DNA from: an uncultured Solirubrobacteraceae bacterium
GTDB lineage: Bacteria; Actinomycetota; Thermoleophilia; Solirubrobacterales; Solirubrobacteraceae
Direction of reading: 5' to 3'
Length of the DNA: 64,000 bases
Assembly: GCA_963838405.1 (NCBI GenBank)
Contig: CAWIRA010000005.1
Coordinates: forward strand, 83,071-147,070
In this document: piece after piece, positions 63,601 to 64,000 of the stretch
How positions within the stretch are numbered: the stretch's first letter is position 1
How the letters are laid out: each line of letters opens with the position of its first letter
The notes under the pieces: generated by a model
Database searches by the model: none
What the model was told of the DNA's origin: nothing
The model's input: only the letters and a program-made list of their open reading frames with translations
Position numbers and translations under genes: made by a program

Positions 63601-63707
63601 GGATGCAACCACGTCGCCGATATCTGCCTGGTCTGCCGAGGCCTGGGCGGAGGCTTGCTCATGCGCCCAGAATAAACGCTGACGGTGCGGTTTAAGGTCC
63701 GGCTTGC

Positions 63708-64000
63708 TAGTGGTCGTGTCCGGAAGTGATGCGGCTCATGCGGCGAGGGTGAGTGGTTGAGGTTCGTGTCGGGTGATCTTCTCGATCACGTTGTCGAGCT
63801 TGGTGCGGGTGAGGGTCCATTGGAATGCTCGCGCGAGCGTGCGGTAGTGCTGTCCGAAATCCATCAGGTGCCCGGCGAGCTCGGGTAGCGTCGCGTAGTC
63901 GTTCGGTGTCAGGGCCTTGCGCTGCACGATCGAGAAGTAGATCTCGATCTGGTTCAGCCAGGAGGCGTGGACGGGGAGGTGAATCAGCCTCGCGTTTGGG
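63708..64000 (-). mobile_element. IS630-family insertion sequence, 3' end
   Basis: Transposase C-terminus then ...CACTTCCGGACACGACCACTAG ending in a TA-containing CTAG. Confidence 0.8.
63736..63999 (-). CDS. IS630-family transposase, C-terminal part
   Basis: HLPVHASWLNQIEIYFSIVQRK motif, FQWTLTR. Confidence 0.88.
   Translation of the reverse strand, partial: PNARLIHLPVHASWLNQIEIYFSIVQRKALTPNDYATLPELAGHLMDFGQHYRTLARAFQWTLTRTKLDNVIEKITRHEPQPLTLAA

Larger units (their letters stand above)
54574..64000. mobile_element. Integrative island at tRNA-Leu(CAG), extending beyond the window
   Basis: att fragment, adjacent direct repeats, ssb, toxin-like genes, IS630, visibly more A/T at third codon positions; integrase not in window. 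Confidence 0.75.

Noticed and set aside
61-63927. The many long Arg/Ala/Pro-rich ORFs overlapping annotated genes
   Set aside because: Expected shadow frames of high-GC coding DNA with few stop codons; no motifs or start signals

Overview
Very GC-rich bacterial chromosome segment. Gene content and promoter style suggest an actinobacterium of the Thermoleophilia/Solirubrobacterales type (inference). 1-52.8 kb is mostly core genome: glmM-glmS-nnr-alr, a tRNA nucleotidyltransferase, and an 11-kb respiratory locus with two complete heme-copper oxidase I/II pairs (one A2-type, one A1-type) plus ctaB, ctaE, small membrane subunits and a cytochrome c-cupredoxin fusion lipoprotein. It continues with trxB, two ECF sigma modules (one coupled to Ogt), fatty-acid beta-oxidation genes, glyQS, a peroxiredoxin, tRNA-Pro(TGG), a hydrolase-cyclase with a NYN RNase, glycosyltransferases and an LPFTG-anchored protein. 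At 54574-54632 a 3' fragment of tRNA-Leu(CAG) marks an att junction. To its right is an integrative island running past the window end, carrying a TIGR02391/HEPN-like gene, ssb with a structured leader, an XRE-HTH/degenerate-nucleotidyltransferase plus nucleotidyltransferase pair, TetR-regulated tailoring enzymes and an IS630 end. Most notable signals: (i) two dispersed copies of an unnamed ~105-nt rod-like structured element with covarying stems; (ii) the A1+A2 oxidase pair, both lacking the Mg/Mn-site ligands; (iii) the HTH-pseudoNTase/NTase pair; (iv) micro-ORFs overlapping both neighbours; (v) pervasive leaderless genes. Three or four single-base frameshifts in short homopolymers suggest assembly indel errors and limit some conclusions. 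Starts were refined by eye; no searches were run.
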